From Octopus bimaculoides (Eukaryota): a stretch of 64,000 nucleotides of DNA. The stretch spans positions 11,184,914 to 11,248,913 of the forward strand of contig NC_068983.1 in NCBI RefSeq assembly GCF_001194135.2. The letters run 5' to 3'. This document shows, in pieces, positions 12,701 to 26,071 of the stretch (position 1 is the first letter of the stretch; each line of letters opens with the position of its first letter). Below the pieces are notes generated by a model, which saw nothing but the letters and a program-made list of their open reading frames with translations, searched no databases and was not told where the DNA came from. A program made the position numbers and the translations under genes.

Positions 12701-15700
12701 TCTACCAAAGTTCAAAACAACTTGCCCTTGAGACTGTTGATGATATGTTAAAGGTAAATTAACATTTTTTGTCATTAAAAACAAAATCATTTTAAGAATC
12801 TGTTAATAATTGATGTCTTTTGGTTCAGTACAAAACCAATACTGTTGAGAACCAGATTTAATACTTTCCAGTATTTAAAAAAAATTATTTAATTTCATCT
12901 TCCCAGTTCAGGTTTTTAATACAAAATTTTGCTGGCAACAAACTTTTACTTCTAGAATCAACGAATAATACCACCTCTAGAAGTAATTTAAACAACTATT
13001 TAGCCTTTCATTGGGGTGGGGGGGGGGAAGTTTATATTATTTGTGACAAATCATTATTTGATAGTTGCTTATTCTCTTTTTTTTTTCTAAAATACTTTGT
13101 AAATCAGTTGTTTTATTTTTTAATTATTTGTCTTTTGTAGCAATCTGGGAAAGCAAAGGCTTCTTCAAGTTCTTGGCTTGTCACTCTAACATCTGTGGCA
13201 AGCAACATTCTTGAAAACTTGCAGGTATTTAAGAATATCCTCTTTTTACTGTTATACTTGTTCACTTTTTCCTTCATTACATTTAAGTTCTTCCATGTTG
13301 TTTTTCATCCTTCTTTTATCGTCATTATTGTCATCATCATACTTATCATTATTGTTTACAGACAATTGTTCTACACTAGCATTGTTGTTGTTGGCACTCC
13401 GTCGCTTACGATGCCAAGGGTTCCAGTTGATCTGATCAACGGAACAGCCTGCTCATGAAATTAACGTGCAAGTGGCTGAGCACTCCACAGACACGTGTAC
13501 CCTTAACGTAGTTCTCGGGAATATTCAGCGTGACACAGTGTGACAAGGCTGACCCTTTGAATTACAGGCACAACAGAAACAGGAAGTAAGAGTGAGAGAA
13601 AGTTGTGGTGAAAGAGTACAGCAGGCTTCACCACCATCCCCTGCCGCAGCCTCGTGGAGCTTTAGGTGTTTTCGCTCAATAAACACTCACAACGCCCGGT
13701 CTGGGAATCGAAACCGCGGTCCTATGACTGCGAGTCCACTGCCCTAACCACTGGGCCATTGTGCCTCCACCTACACTAGCATAGGTTGGATAGATTTCCT
13801 GAGGTAGTGTTTTATAGTCAGATGCCCTTCCTGTTGTTAGCTTTTTCAATCACCTTTTGCAATGCATAGGGATGTGTCATGCCTATTCTAAGAACAAGCT
13901 ATACACAACCAGGTGATGGTAATTAAATTATTCATTTTGCAAGTTTGTTTATTATTGTTGTTTGGTTGAAGATAAGCAGTGCTCACAGTCTCTCTAAGCC
14001 ATCTGAGACTGGAGAATGGTCTGTGTATGTGTGCGAAGAGTTTTAGCAGCTTATCTTCTTGGCTACTTATTTCAGCCTTAATCTCTGCAACTTGTTGTTC
14101 TTTTGGTAGTCCTGGTGGTGATGGTGGTAATGCCAATGTTAGTGAAATACTGTTTTAACTCTGCTTTGGACTAATTCCAAATATAATTACTTTGATTTCT
14201 ATGAAAATGGATGTGGTGATGTACATAAGTAACTACTTCGTATAAAGATAGAATCATTGACAAAAGTTGAAGTAGAAAGAAGACATGGTGGCGGGGAAAT
14301 ACTGGTGTTAGCAATTAATGTGTATTTTCATGGTCATTGCTCTGACGAACTTTCTGGTCTAGTACTCTAAGACCTTTACACATGTTACCCACTTCTCTTT
14401 CCAGGCACATCATTTCTCTGTTGATCTTCCTGTTAGTCATAAGACCTATTTTTTTCTAATTGCTTTTTTTCTTGAACTGCTGCTTTCTGGAATTCACTAC
14501 CATCATCATCATCTTTTCCACTGATCTGTGATTTTCAGTCCTTTAAGCTTTCTTATTTCTTTATTGCTCACAAGGGGCTACACACAAAGGGGACAAACAA
14601 GGACAGACAAACAGATAAAGGATTAAGTCGATTACATCGACCCCAATGCATAACTGGTATTTAATTTATCAACTCTGAAAGGATGAAAGGCAAAGTCGAC
14701 CTCGGCGGAATTTGAACTCAGAACGTAACGGCAGACGAAATACCGCTAAGTATTTCGCAAAGTATTTCGCCCGGTGCGCTAACGGTTCTGCCAGCTCACC
14801 ACCATTAAGCTTTCTATCAATCAACATCTTTTACTTCTTTGTAGTCTCTTACATTACAGTGGCCTCGAGCCTTATTTGGGAGAAAATTGTTAAACCAAAG
14901 GAAAATATGTTATTGCGATGACAGTGTATAAATGTCCTGAAAAATGTGTCTTATTGTTGCTGTACTGACCACTTCCCAGTAACAAATGATGATAAATCTC
15001 TGCACCATGCAGTAGGCTATTTGCACCATTAAACTCTATACCTACCGAGAGATGAGTTTTGCTTCTCAAAATAGATATTTAAAGGAACTAAAGATTCAAG
15101 ACACACTCGTGCATCATTTGAAACATAGACATTAAGTAAACTAGCAGAGAAGGTGTCAAACATGATTATTTGGTGGAAGTAAGGGATGTAAGGAAATGAG
15201 ATTGGTGTTCCTGCAGCAGATAATGCTGTTGAACTGAGATATTGATGATGGTGGTGGTGCCTATGGTGACAACAGCAGCAAAAATAATAATTTATATAAT
15301 TGCTTATCTGTATATTTTATAATAAATTACTTGAGATTAACGGATTGACCTCAAAATAGTTATTAAGTGCATCACATCCAACTTTTATAATTTCAGTTAA
15401 CAAACTAAATAGTTTACCTGCATTCCTTTAAAGAAAACAGGACTTGTCATCCTAGTGCAACAATTACAAAGGGCTTTCCTTATTTCATTATAATAAGGCA
15501 CTAAGCTGGTAGAATCATGAGCATGTCGGACAAAATGCTCAGTGGCGAAATGCTTAGTTGCATTTCTTCTGATTCTTTACTTTCTGAATCCACATACCGT
15601 CAGGATCACCTTTGCTGTTTATCCTTTCAGGATTGATAAAATAAAGAACCAATTCAAGTAGCAGAATTGATGTAATCAACTGAACTCCCTCCTGCTAATT

Positions 15701-18700
15701 TTACTGGCTTTGTGCCAAAATTTTAAAAGAATTATTTCTATTTAATGTTTGGTATGCTGAGAATCGTCTACGCACAGTATATATATAGTGATGTGAATCT
15801 ATTCATCTCTTTCTTCAAAACAGTTTGTTCCCTAAAATAGTTTTTAAATAGCAATATCCACATCTTGCCCCTGGACTGGTTCTTGTGCGGGTGGCACATG
15901 AGATGCACCATTTTGAGCGTGGCCGTTGCCAGTACCGCCTGACTGGCTCCTGTAGGATTTTCGAGCGAGATCGTTGCCAGTGCCCCTGGACTGGCTTGTG
16001 CGGGTGGCACATAAAAGACACCATTTCGAGCGTGGCCGTTTTCGTGCGGGTGACACGTAAAAGCACCCACTACACTCTCTGAGTGGTTGGCGTTAGGAAG
16101 GGCATCCAGCTGTAGAAACTCTGCCAAATCAGACTGGAGCCTGGTGTTGCCATCCGGTTTCACCAGTCCTCAGTCAAATCGTCCAACCCATGCTAGCATG
16201 GAAAGCGGACGTTAAACGATGATGATGATGATGATGATGATGGATAACTCAAATTGGTTATGATGCTGCTAGTTTAGAATTAGCAAAGAATTCTGACACA
16301 TTTCACTTATTTTATTTATTTAAATCTTTCTGAGAGCCATTAAATGGTATTTAATTTTGTAATTGGAGCAAAATGTCAGTTGTTTGTGGCATGTTATTCT
16401 GTCAGACAGATTTTTAAATAATTGAAGAATTTGGTTGCCAAATATAAGTAATATACTTCAAACTGTTTTTATCAGAAATAAAATATATTACTTGGGAATG
16501 AATTTTTTTTTTTTTTTTTTTTGCACCATGTCTCATTAAAATGTGTCCTCTTTTTATGCAACAAAAGTATCTTTAAATGTTTTTGCAGCATAGAAAAAGG
16601 ATATTCTTTTCATTTTAATTCTGGGAATGAATGAGAATAAAGTATTGATCCCCTGTATTCTTTTAACCTTTCACTGGCTTTGGTCATTGTATTTTGGCCA
16701 TGCTGGGGCATAGCCTTCAAGGATTTTAGTTGATTATATCAAACACAGCAATTTGTCTGGTGCCACTCGCCATTTCATATTTGAAGTGGACCTGTTATTC
16801 AAGTAAATTGAGGCAGGGAGTGTTGTATGTGATGCCTAGGGGTCTAAACCTAATGATTGCAGTGAGATTTTTTAAAACTTAACTTTATGTAGTCACCGCA
16901 GTCAATAATCCAGCACCTTAAACTCAACTACTGTTTCTTGATGGAGAAAAAAAAAAAACTATGTTAATGAATAATTGGTCATTCAGTTCTATAATTAAGA
17001 GATGAGGAATTATGTACATTGTTTACATTTGACGGATATTTCTCCTCATCTTGTTTGTTAACACAATGTTTCGGCTGATATTCCCTCCAGCCTTCTTCAG
17101 GTGTTTTGGGGTAAGTTTGAACCTGGGTTCTCATTCCTAAGGTATTTTTTGATATTATTATTATTATTAGTGTTCAGGTCACTGCTTGGAATTGAACTCG
17201 GAATCTTGGGGTTAGTAGCCCGCGCTCTTAACCACTATGCCATAATAATAATAATAATAATAATAATTGATTCTGGTTTTATTGGCCACAAGAGCTAATA
17301 TAAATTAAAAACATGTAAGGACAAAGACAGGACGAAGGTGACAAAAGGTTTTGTCCGAAAAGAAAACATTCGTGTAAACAAAGAAAATCAGAGAAAGATA
17401 TAACAAATAAAACTCCCAATAGGGGGAGGCGCTTAAAAGGTTACACGTGGATAATAATAACATCGAAAAATACCTTAGGAATGATAACCCAGGTTCGAAA
17501 TTTCTCCAAGACGCCTGAAGAAAGCTGGTGGGTATATCAGCCGAAACGTGTTAACAACAAACAAGATGAGGACAAATATCCGTCGAATGTAAATAATGTA
17601 ACTGGTCATTGTTGAATATAAAAGTATTTGGAAAGAGTAGGGAAATAAGACATGTTATATAGCTTTATAAGTTTTCATGTAATTATTAAAATCAGAATTG
17701 TTTATTAATTTTTGTCTGGTATTAAATGTTTGTTAAAAATAATATTCCAATTTCAGCTCCATGTCAACGATGTCCACATACGGTATGAAGACAGTGACCT
17801 GAATCCTTCTCATCCCTTTGCTGTAGGAATTGATTTGGACAGTCTTATAGCACAGAGCACTGATGAAAATTGGGTCAGTAATATATAATGTCTATATTGA
17901 TTTCTTCTCGCAACTGCCAAACTTTTATTCACTGACACTATCCCTCTACTGAGCTCTTCCCCTGTTTCGTTTCATTGCTCTTATAACAGTCCCTACTCTT
18001 CTTATCTTATTCACAGTTTCCCAGCCACTTCTCTTCACCACCTCTCCATTTTATCTAATTCTTCTTTATATCTTGGTCTCTCTTTTTCATTATGTTTTCA
18101 CCTCAACTAAATCCGCCAATGAGGGAGCCACTATGTGGTCAGTCAGCCTGCTTGAAATCCCAGCCAAATTTTCCTCAAAGTGTACCCTCCTGTCTTAAAA
18201 AAAAAGGGGATAGATACATTAAATAACATAATCCTAAAAAGTACCATCAAGTTATATTTTGACTCCTGGTGGCCATGTGAATCATCCGCAAAACTTCCTC
18301 GACACATTAGAAGTCAGTTGGCCATTACCTTTCTCAGAAGCTCCATCTATCTTACCGGAATAATGAAACTCTGTCATATCTGACAGGCTTTCACACACAG
18401 TTTCTGCCTTGTAAATTCCACTTACAAGGGATTGGTCAACTGAAACTATCAGAAAAGTGCTTATCCACAGTTTCATACAGGATGATTGAACCTACGATCA
18501 CATGGTTGCAAAGCAGTCCTCTTAACCACACCTAATGTAATATTAGGTACAGCAATATGGTAGTGAACTGGCAGAATCATTAGCATTCCTGGCAAAAAAA
18601 AAATGCTTAGAGGCATTTTGACCATCTTCATGTTCTGAGTTCAAATTCCCCCTGGGTCAACTTTGCCTTTCATCCTTTCAGGATCAATAAAATTTGTATC

Positions 18701-21700
18701 AATTGAATGTTGGGGTTGTTGTAATCGACTTACCCACTCCACTGAAATTGCTGGCCTTGTGCCAAAATTTGAAACCAATATTATATACAGCTGTAAAGAC
18801 AAGATAGTTATAGCCATAGGTTTGCTCATTCCAGAATGACCTGGTGCTCAGCAACAAAGCATCAAGCTGGCAGAATCATTAACACATTGGACAAAATGCT
18901 CAGCAATGTTTCATTTGGCTCTTTACAATCTGAGTTCGAATGTCGCTGAGTTAACTTTGCCTTTCATCCTTTTGGGGGGGTCAATAAAATAAGTACCAGC
19001 TGTGCACTGGGGTCAACTGTATCGACTAACCGCTTCCCCTGAAATTGCTGGTCTTGTGCCAAAATTTGAAATCATTAATTCAAACTAAATATTTACCGAG
19101 TTAATCTCTTCCATTTGTTATTATCTCTTAGTCTGGGATTGCAAGTTTCTATTCTATTCTGTTGATGGCCATTGATTGATTGAGTTTTATTCATCATTAA
19201 GAAAATGCTTCCTATTTTTATATTTGTCTTCTCTCCTATTGCTAAGCCATATACAAGGGCTATTCATTTACAAGGTTACAATCTATATTTCTTGAAATAA
19301 TTCAGACTTGTTTAAACTTGAATCCATCACACATCAGATAAGAGAGTTTGAAATATAATTGCGAGCATTCGGAAAAAAAATATCATTTCCATTCCTATTT
19401 ACTTTACACTTAGAAATACCAGCTTTATTTTGTATGAGACTGTTTAAAAAAAAAAAGAACTCTTTCTTAATATGGCAACTTGATTGTCATTACCATCATT
19501 TAATGTCCTCCTTCCATGCTGGCATGGGTTGGACAGTTTGACCGGAACCTGCACCAGACTTCTGTGTCTGTTTTGGCAGGAGTTTTACAGCTGGATCACC
19601 TTCCTAACACCAACCACTCTGCTGAGTGGATTAATGAAGAACACAAAATTAAGAGTTTTGTTTTTTTTATAGTATCTTTTATCTTTTACTTGTTTCAGTC
19701 ATTGGACTGTGGCTGTGCTGGGGCATTTCCTTGAAGAGTATTCAAAGAAATTGATGTCAGTACTTATTTTTAAGTCTGGTACTTTTTTTTTTCTCGATTT
19801 CTTTTGCCAAATCGCTAAGTCATAGGGTCATAAAAAAACCGGTTGTTGAGTGGTGGTGGCATGAAAACACATCACATGACAGGCTTCCTTCCACAGAGTT
19901 TCTGTCTCCCAAATTCACTCACAAGGCATTGGTTGGCCTGGAGCTATAATAAAAGACACTTGCTCAGAGTACTGCACAGTGGGACTGAACCTTAGACCAC
20001 ATAGTTGCAAAGCAAGCTTCTTAACCACACAGCCATGACTGTGGTTGAGCATTATATAACTGATTTAGATGGTTGGCTTTAGCAATTTCATACAGTTAGA
20101 TGGTGGAGGCGCAATGGCCCAGTGGTTAGGGCGGCGAACTCGCGGTCATAGGATCGCGGTTTCGATTCCCAGACCGGGCGTTGTGAGTGTTTATTGAACG
20201 AAAACACCTAAAAGCTCCACGAGGCTCCGGCAGGGGATGGTGGCGAACCCTTCTGTACTCTTCCACCACAACTTTCTCTCACTCTTACTTCCTGTTTCTG
20301 TTGTGCCTGTAATTCAATGGGGTCAGCCACTGTGTCACGCTGAATCATCATCATCATCATCGTTTAACGTCCGCTTTCCATGCTAGCATGGGTTGGACGA
20401 ATATCCCTGAGAACTACATTAAGGGTACACGTGTCTGTGGAGTGCTCAGCCACTTGCACTTTAATCTCATGAGTAGGCTGTTCCGTTGATCGGATCAACT
20501 GGAACCCTCGTCGTCGTAAGCGACGGAGTGCACTGCCAACAACAACAGTTAGACGGCAGAGGGTTATGTTTGTAAATCACCTTTGTGTTTCAATTGTTTG
20601 CATTAGTTAGTATATTTGTGTAATCCTCTCTCAAACCATTGCCAAATCCTTTCCGTTTTAGCTTTCTTATGTTGAGAAATTTTACTCAACCTATTGTATC
20701 TCAGTTATTATCTGCCATCATTTTACAAGCATTTATTTATTCTTATAACTTAGTTCTTCTCATACATTTCCTTCACATGTTCTTGTGTGTAGTTTCTTTA
20801 AAGTAATTTCTCCTTCAAAGATACATCATTGATTAAATCTTAGAGAGTTAGATGATTTCTTGTATTAAGTAGCTTAATGACAGTTATTGTAGGATGTTTT
20901 CCCCTGTGTATTCAATCTATGTATTATACCATTTTCATTGTATAAGTTGCAATAGAATTCAAAACTGAGAGCACTTGCGAATTAATGTGAATTGTTCCTT
21001 TTAATAGAGATTTTGGTTCTGCATTTTGCTTCTCATTAACCCCTTTGTTACCATATTTCTGTTGAGATGCTCTGTGTTTCTTTCAATTATTTTAAATATA
21101 ACAGAGAATTTAGTAAAATAACTCAGTTATCATTAAGCTAGTGTTAGGAACATAAATTGTGACTAAGGTTTGGTGGAAGATTTTAATTCAAAACTTATGA
21201 AAACAAAATATTTGTACTACAGAGCCAGAGGCGGTTTCAGCCGGTTTGGTAATGAAAGTGTTAAAGGGATAATAAGAGTAGCAAACGTATGTGACTATAA
21301 TAGAAAATGAAATGGTTGTTTGCTGTTTATTCTTTGCAATAGAAACAACAATAGCAATAACAAAATTTTGTTTCTGCTTTACATCCATTTCACTATGTTT
21401 GCATCTCTCTTTTACTCTTTTACTTGTTTTAGTCATTTGACTGCGGCCATGCTGGAGCACCGCCTTTAGTTGAAGAAATCGCCCCCAGGACTTATTCTTT
21501 GTAAGCCTAGTACTTATTTTATCAGTCTCTTTTGCCGAACCGCTAAGTTATGGGGATGTAAACACACCAAATCGGTTGTCAAGCGATGTTGGGTGGACAG
21601 ACACAAACACGCACACATATATACATATACATATATACGACAGGCTTCTTTCAGTTTCCGTCTACCAAATCCACTCACAAGGCTTTGGTCGGCCCGAGGC

Positions 21701-24700
21701 TATAGTAGAAGACACTTGCCCAAGGTGCCACGCAGTGGGACTGAACCCGGAACCATGTGGTTGGTAAGCAAGCTACTTACCACACAGCCACTCCTGTGCC
21801 GTCGTTGATAAATCTTTAAGAAAGAAAACCTGAATGGTTGTGGTGATGTAATGCTTATTGATTGTGAAACATAGAAGTATTGAGTAAGTGGCTCTGTGCC
21901 TTACCAACTCAGCCAAAAACTATAAGAGCTAAGTGGACAGATAGCTGTGATCTGGGAAATCTCAAATCTTCAAATATCAGTATTCAGTAAGCATAGTTAG
22001 TGGTTGACCACCCTCAAATACGTTCTGTTATAGATGAATGTTGCTAAACTGGCATTTGTAAACAAGGAAGATTGAGAAAGCTGTTATAATCCATACAACT
22101 TAATGTGACTAATGATGTCATTCTGTACAACTTTCTAAGACAATCATCTTAGTCACCCTTCATTCACAACTAAGTCCCTGCCATATCTCTGCTTTTATTT
22201 TCATTTATGTGCTGTTTGAACACAGGATGTGGGCATGGCTAAATGGTTCATAAGTTCACTTTGCAATCATAATGGTCATGGGTTCAATCCACAGAGGGCC
22301 ATCTTGGGCAAGTGTCTTTTAGCATTGTTGTGTGTCAACCCATGCCTGGTAAGTGAAACTGGGCAGACAGAAACTTGTGTGCAAGCTCATTGGATTGATT
22401 GTACCTGTGAGTCAAAATCCAACCTTGTCATGCTGAATTGGTCTGAAAAAGATGCTAAAGGTACTTGTATCTATGGAATACTCAGTCGCTTGGACATTAA
22501 TGCAATAAGTAGGTAATTCATTTGATTAAACAATTGAATGTTCACCATCAAAACAGTTGGGAAATCCTTCACATGAGCACACATGAACTGGGCATACTGA
22601 ATATTGGATGAAAAAGTGTCATGTGATCTTGCTGGGAGGGTCCCCAAAGAAGTGGAAGGCCAATGAAAATGTGAGAAAGAGTGGGGTCAGATCTCAGACC
22701 CCTCTGGGATTTACTGAAGAAAAGATGCAAGATGAAGTTAACTGGTAATATAATGTGCTGCTGATCCGCCCAACACGTCTGACTTTTATCTGTACTTAAT
22801 TCAATCAGTTATACCTCACTTATAATTTGTGTTCTTGTACAATTAAGAAAAACATTGTTGTTTTTACCTCTAGTTCTATTAATGATATGGCACCTGTGCG
22901 TGATCGTTTCCAGAGCAGTCTGGCTTCCGTGCCAGTGGCACGTAAATAGCACCATTTGAGCGTGATCATTACCAGCGTCGCCTTCCTGGCACTTGTGCCG
23001 GTGGCACGTGAAAAGACATTCGAGCGAGGTCGTTGCCAGTGCCGCTGGACTGGCTCCTGTGCAGGTGGAACATAAAATACACTATTTCGAGCGTGGCCGT
23101 TGCCAGTACTGCCTGACTGGCCTTTGTGCCGGTGGTACGTAAAAGCACCCACTACACTCTCGGAGTGGTTGGCGTTAGGAAGGGCATTCAGCTGTAGAAG
23201 CTCTGCCAAATCAGATTGGAGCCTGGTGTAGCCATCTGGTTTCACCAGTCCTCAGTCAAATCGTCCAACCCATGCTAGCATGGAAAGTGGAAGTTAAACG
23301 ATGATGATGATATATATATCTCATCATCGTCATCATTTAATGTCCCTTTTTCCATACTGGCATAGGTGAATAGTTCAACAGGAATCAACAAGGACTACAT
23401 CAGGCTCCAAAGTCTGCTTCAGTGTGGGTTTTACAGCTAGGTACCCCTCATAATGCCAACCTCTTTGCAGAGTGTACTGGGTACTTTGTGTGTGTGTGTG
23501 TATGTGTGGCACTAACACTTGTGAGATCACCAAGAACTCTCTAAACAAGACCTCTCAACTGAGTGAGCAAAATATGTGTGTGTGAGTGTTTAGAAGGAGG
23601 GAGAAGGAGGCCAGTCCCATTATGCATGGATATTATATATAGAGACTGTTAATTTTAGTTTAATTCATTGATGCATCCAAGGCTAGATATCATGGTTAAG
23701 GTATTCATTTTGATTCTGTACTTCACTTACCAACAAGAGCTAGTTAAACCGATTGACATCTTATCTGCCAATTTCAGATTGAACCTGTTTTCTGATTTGT
23801 GAAATCTTAAAGCCATACTCGATTCATTGTCATAAACTGTTTGGATTTGTACTGAAAATGTTTTATTTTCATTTTGTAGGTACCATGTTTTGTGTACAGG
23901 AATGTCAATGAAATGATGTTCAAACTAATGGAACTGAACAATTTATCATTGTATTTTGATACAAATGTGCAGTTAATTGGGGATTTACCTATGGCAAAAA
24001 TTGTGGTAAGATGGTTTTGCTAAACTCTTATTTCGTTTGTAGTTCTTTAAACATTTAACAAAAATAATTTCATTGTTGATCTTAGATACAATAGTTTTGC
24101 TTTATGTTACTACTGTTTGATTTTTCTGTAAATAACCATCATCATCATCATCATTTAACATCTGATTTTCATGCTGGCATGGGTTGGACAGTTTGACTGA
24201 AAACAGGTAAGCCGGGGTTGTTGCACCAGGTTCCGATCTGATTTGGCAAGGTCTACAGCTGGATGCCCTTCCTAACGTTAACCACTCCGAATGTGTTGAG
24301 TGTTTTTGAAATGCTACCAGCACAGGTGCCATTGACCGGACACAGGCATTGGTCACAACTATGGGCTCTAGACCTTGCTTCCACACCTGAAACTTCTTCT
24401 CTAGTTCTTGTAGTGATTCAGCTATAAGAACAAGGTTATCAGCATAGAGGAGCTCCCAAGGGCAGCCCATCTTGAATTCCTGTTATTGCCTGGAGGACTA
24501 TGATGAACAAGAGGGGGCTGAGGACTGATCCTTAGTGAACCCCTACTTGTACCCTGAATCCTTCACTATACTCGTTGCCAACTCTCACTTTACTGACAGC
24601 ATCCCTGTACATGGCTTGTACAGCTCTCACCAACCACTTGTCTATCCCTAGTTTCCACATTGACCACCAGATAAGGGATCGGGGAACCAGGTCAAAGGCT

Positions 24701-25921
24701 TTTTCTATGTCAACAAAAGCCAAATACAGAGGTTTATCTTTGGCTAGGTATTTCTCCTGCAGCTGTCTTACCAGAAATATAGCATCAGTGGCGCTTCTCC
24801 CTGGCACAAAGCCAAACTGTGTCTCATCTAAACTAACTCTCTCTCTAACTAGTTGGGCTATGACCCTCTCCTTGACTTTCATCACCTGATCCCACAATTT
24901 GATACCAGAGAGGTTTTTTTCCTATGCTTTTAGTATATTTTATTGTGAATTGTAACTATGTGAATTCAGAGGGTACTAGTCCTTTGGTTAAAACATAGTT
25001 TGTTCTTGTCACCTGACCTATAATATGTTATCCCCTGTACCAAAGATACTCCCTCCCAAGTTTACTTGATTGCAAATACATGCCATAGAGAGGTTCAGTT
25101 TATTGTTGTAACCTATGAAGGATATTGTATTAAGTACCCAAGGGATTTGGAAGAATGGCTGGTCTTTAATGGCATTGGTTTTGATGTGTGCAGGAGAGTG
25201 AACTACATTGATACAAACTTATAATGTAAATGAATGATGGATGAAAAGAGTGTTATATGCTGCCCTGTTGAAGTATCTGTTGTTGAGCTTTTAAACTGAG
25301 GAAGACATGGGAAAGTAATGATAGATCTTGGGGTGTTGGGTCTTGTAGATGATATATGCAGGAATGAGACAAAAGTATGGTGTACTGCAGACTCACCCAA
25401 TTCGTAATAGTTAGAAGAATGGGATGTTGCAATGTTCATTGTGGTGGTGGCATCAGCAGTTTCCAGCATTTGGTTAATACAGACTTTCTGTTTTATTTAC
25501 AGTCATTATTACAAGGTGGAACAAGTCTGCGAGATGGATTTGATGTAAGTAACACTATTTTTTCGTTCATATTCTTAATTCCATTTCTTTGACTTCTCTC
25601 CAGGAATTATTGTCATGTATTCCTAACAGTTTCTATTTATTGTAGATTAAAGGGTAAAAAGTTTTTTTACTGACTTCACTATTCATTGTGTATTAATATT
25701 TCAACCAGATCTGAAATAAAAAAACAAAAAGAACTAAAACAAAGATGATGTGTTGTAAAAGACATAACTATATGATCTTTAGTTAATACTATATCATTCC
25801 AACGGTTTTGCTTGTTTTTACTTCCCTATATGTGTGTATGTGTGTATGTTGGTAAGAAACTATTGACATCATGGATTTAATTATTGGGATTCTAAAATTA
25901 GATTTAATTATGTAGCTACCA

Positions 25922-25954
<33 letters not shown>

Positions 25955-26039
25955 ATGAATTTGACTGACACACTTAATCATAAGAATGTTTTGAGCTCTT
26001 TCTTTACACACACAAACCACAATACATATGCATTGTATG

Positions 26040-26071
<32 letters not shown>

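Noticed and set aside
13700-13770. tRNA gene candidates (C, F and A heads)
   Set aside because: Boxes A and B are present but there is no complete acceptor stem, and each continues into a repeat body.
13888-14136. 82-aa minus-strand ORF (MALPPSPPG...)
   Set aside because: No recognisable homology or splice context; consistent with chance.
15768-16163. Recurrent ORFs such as MKPDG.TRLQSDLAEFLQLDALPNANHSES
   Set aside because: Translations of the non-coding family D repeat; ends vary between copies and no domain is recognisable.
17510-17553. Active sense-strand hammerhead in the plus F copy
   Set aside because: A 3-nt deletion puts G at position 17 and breaks stem I; G10.1 is also changed to A.
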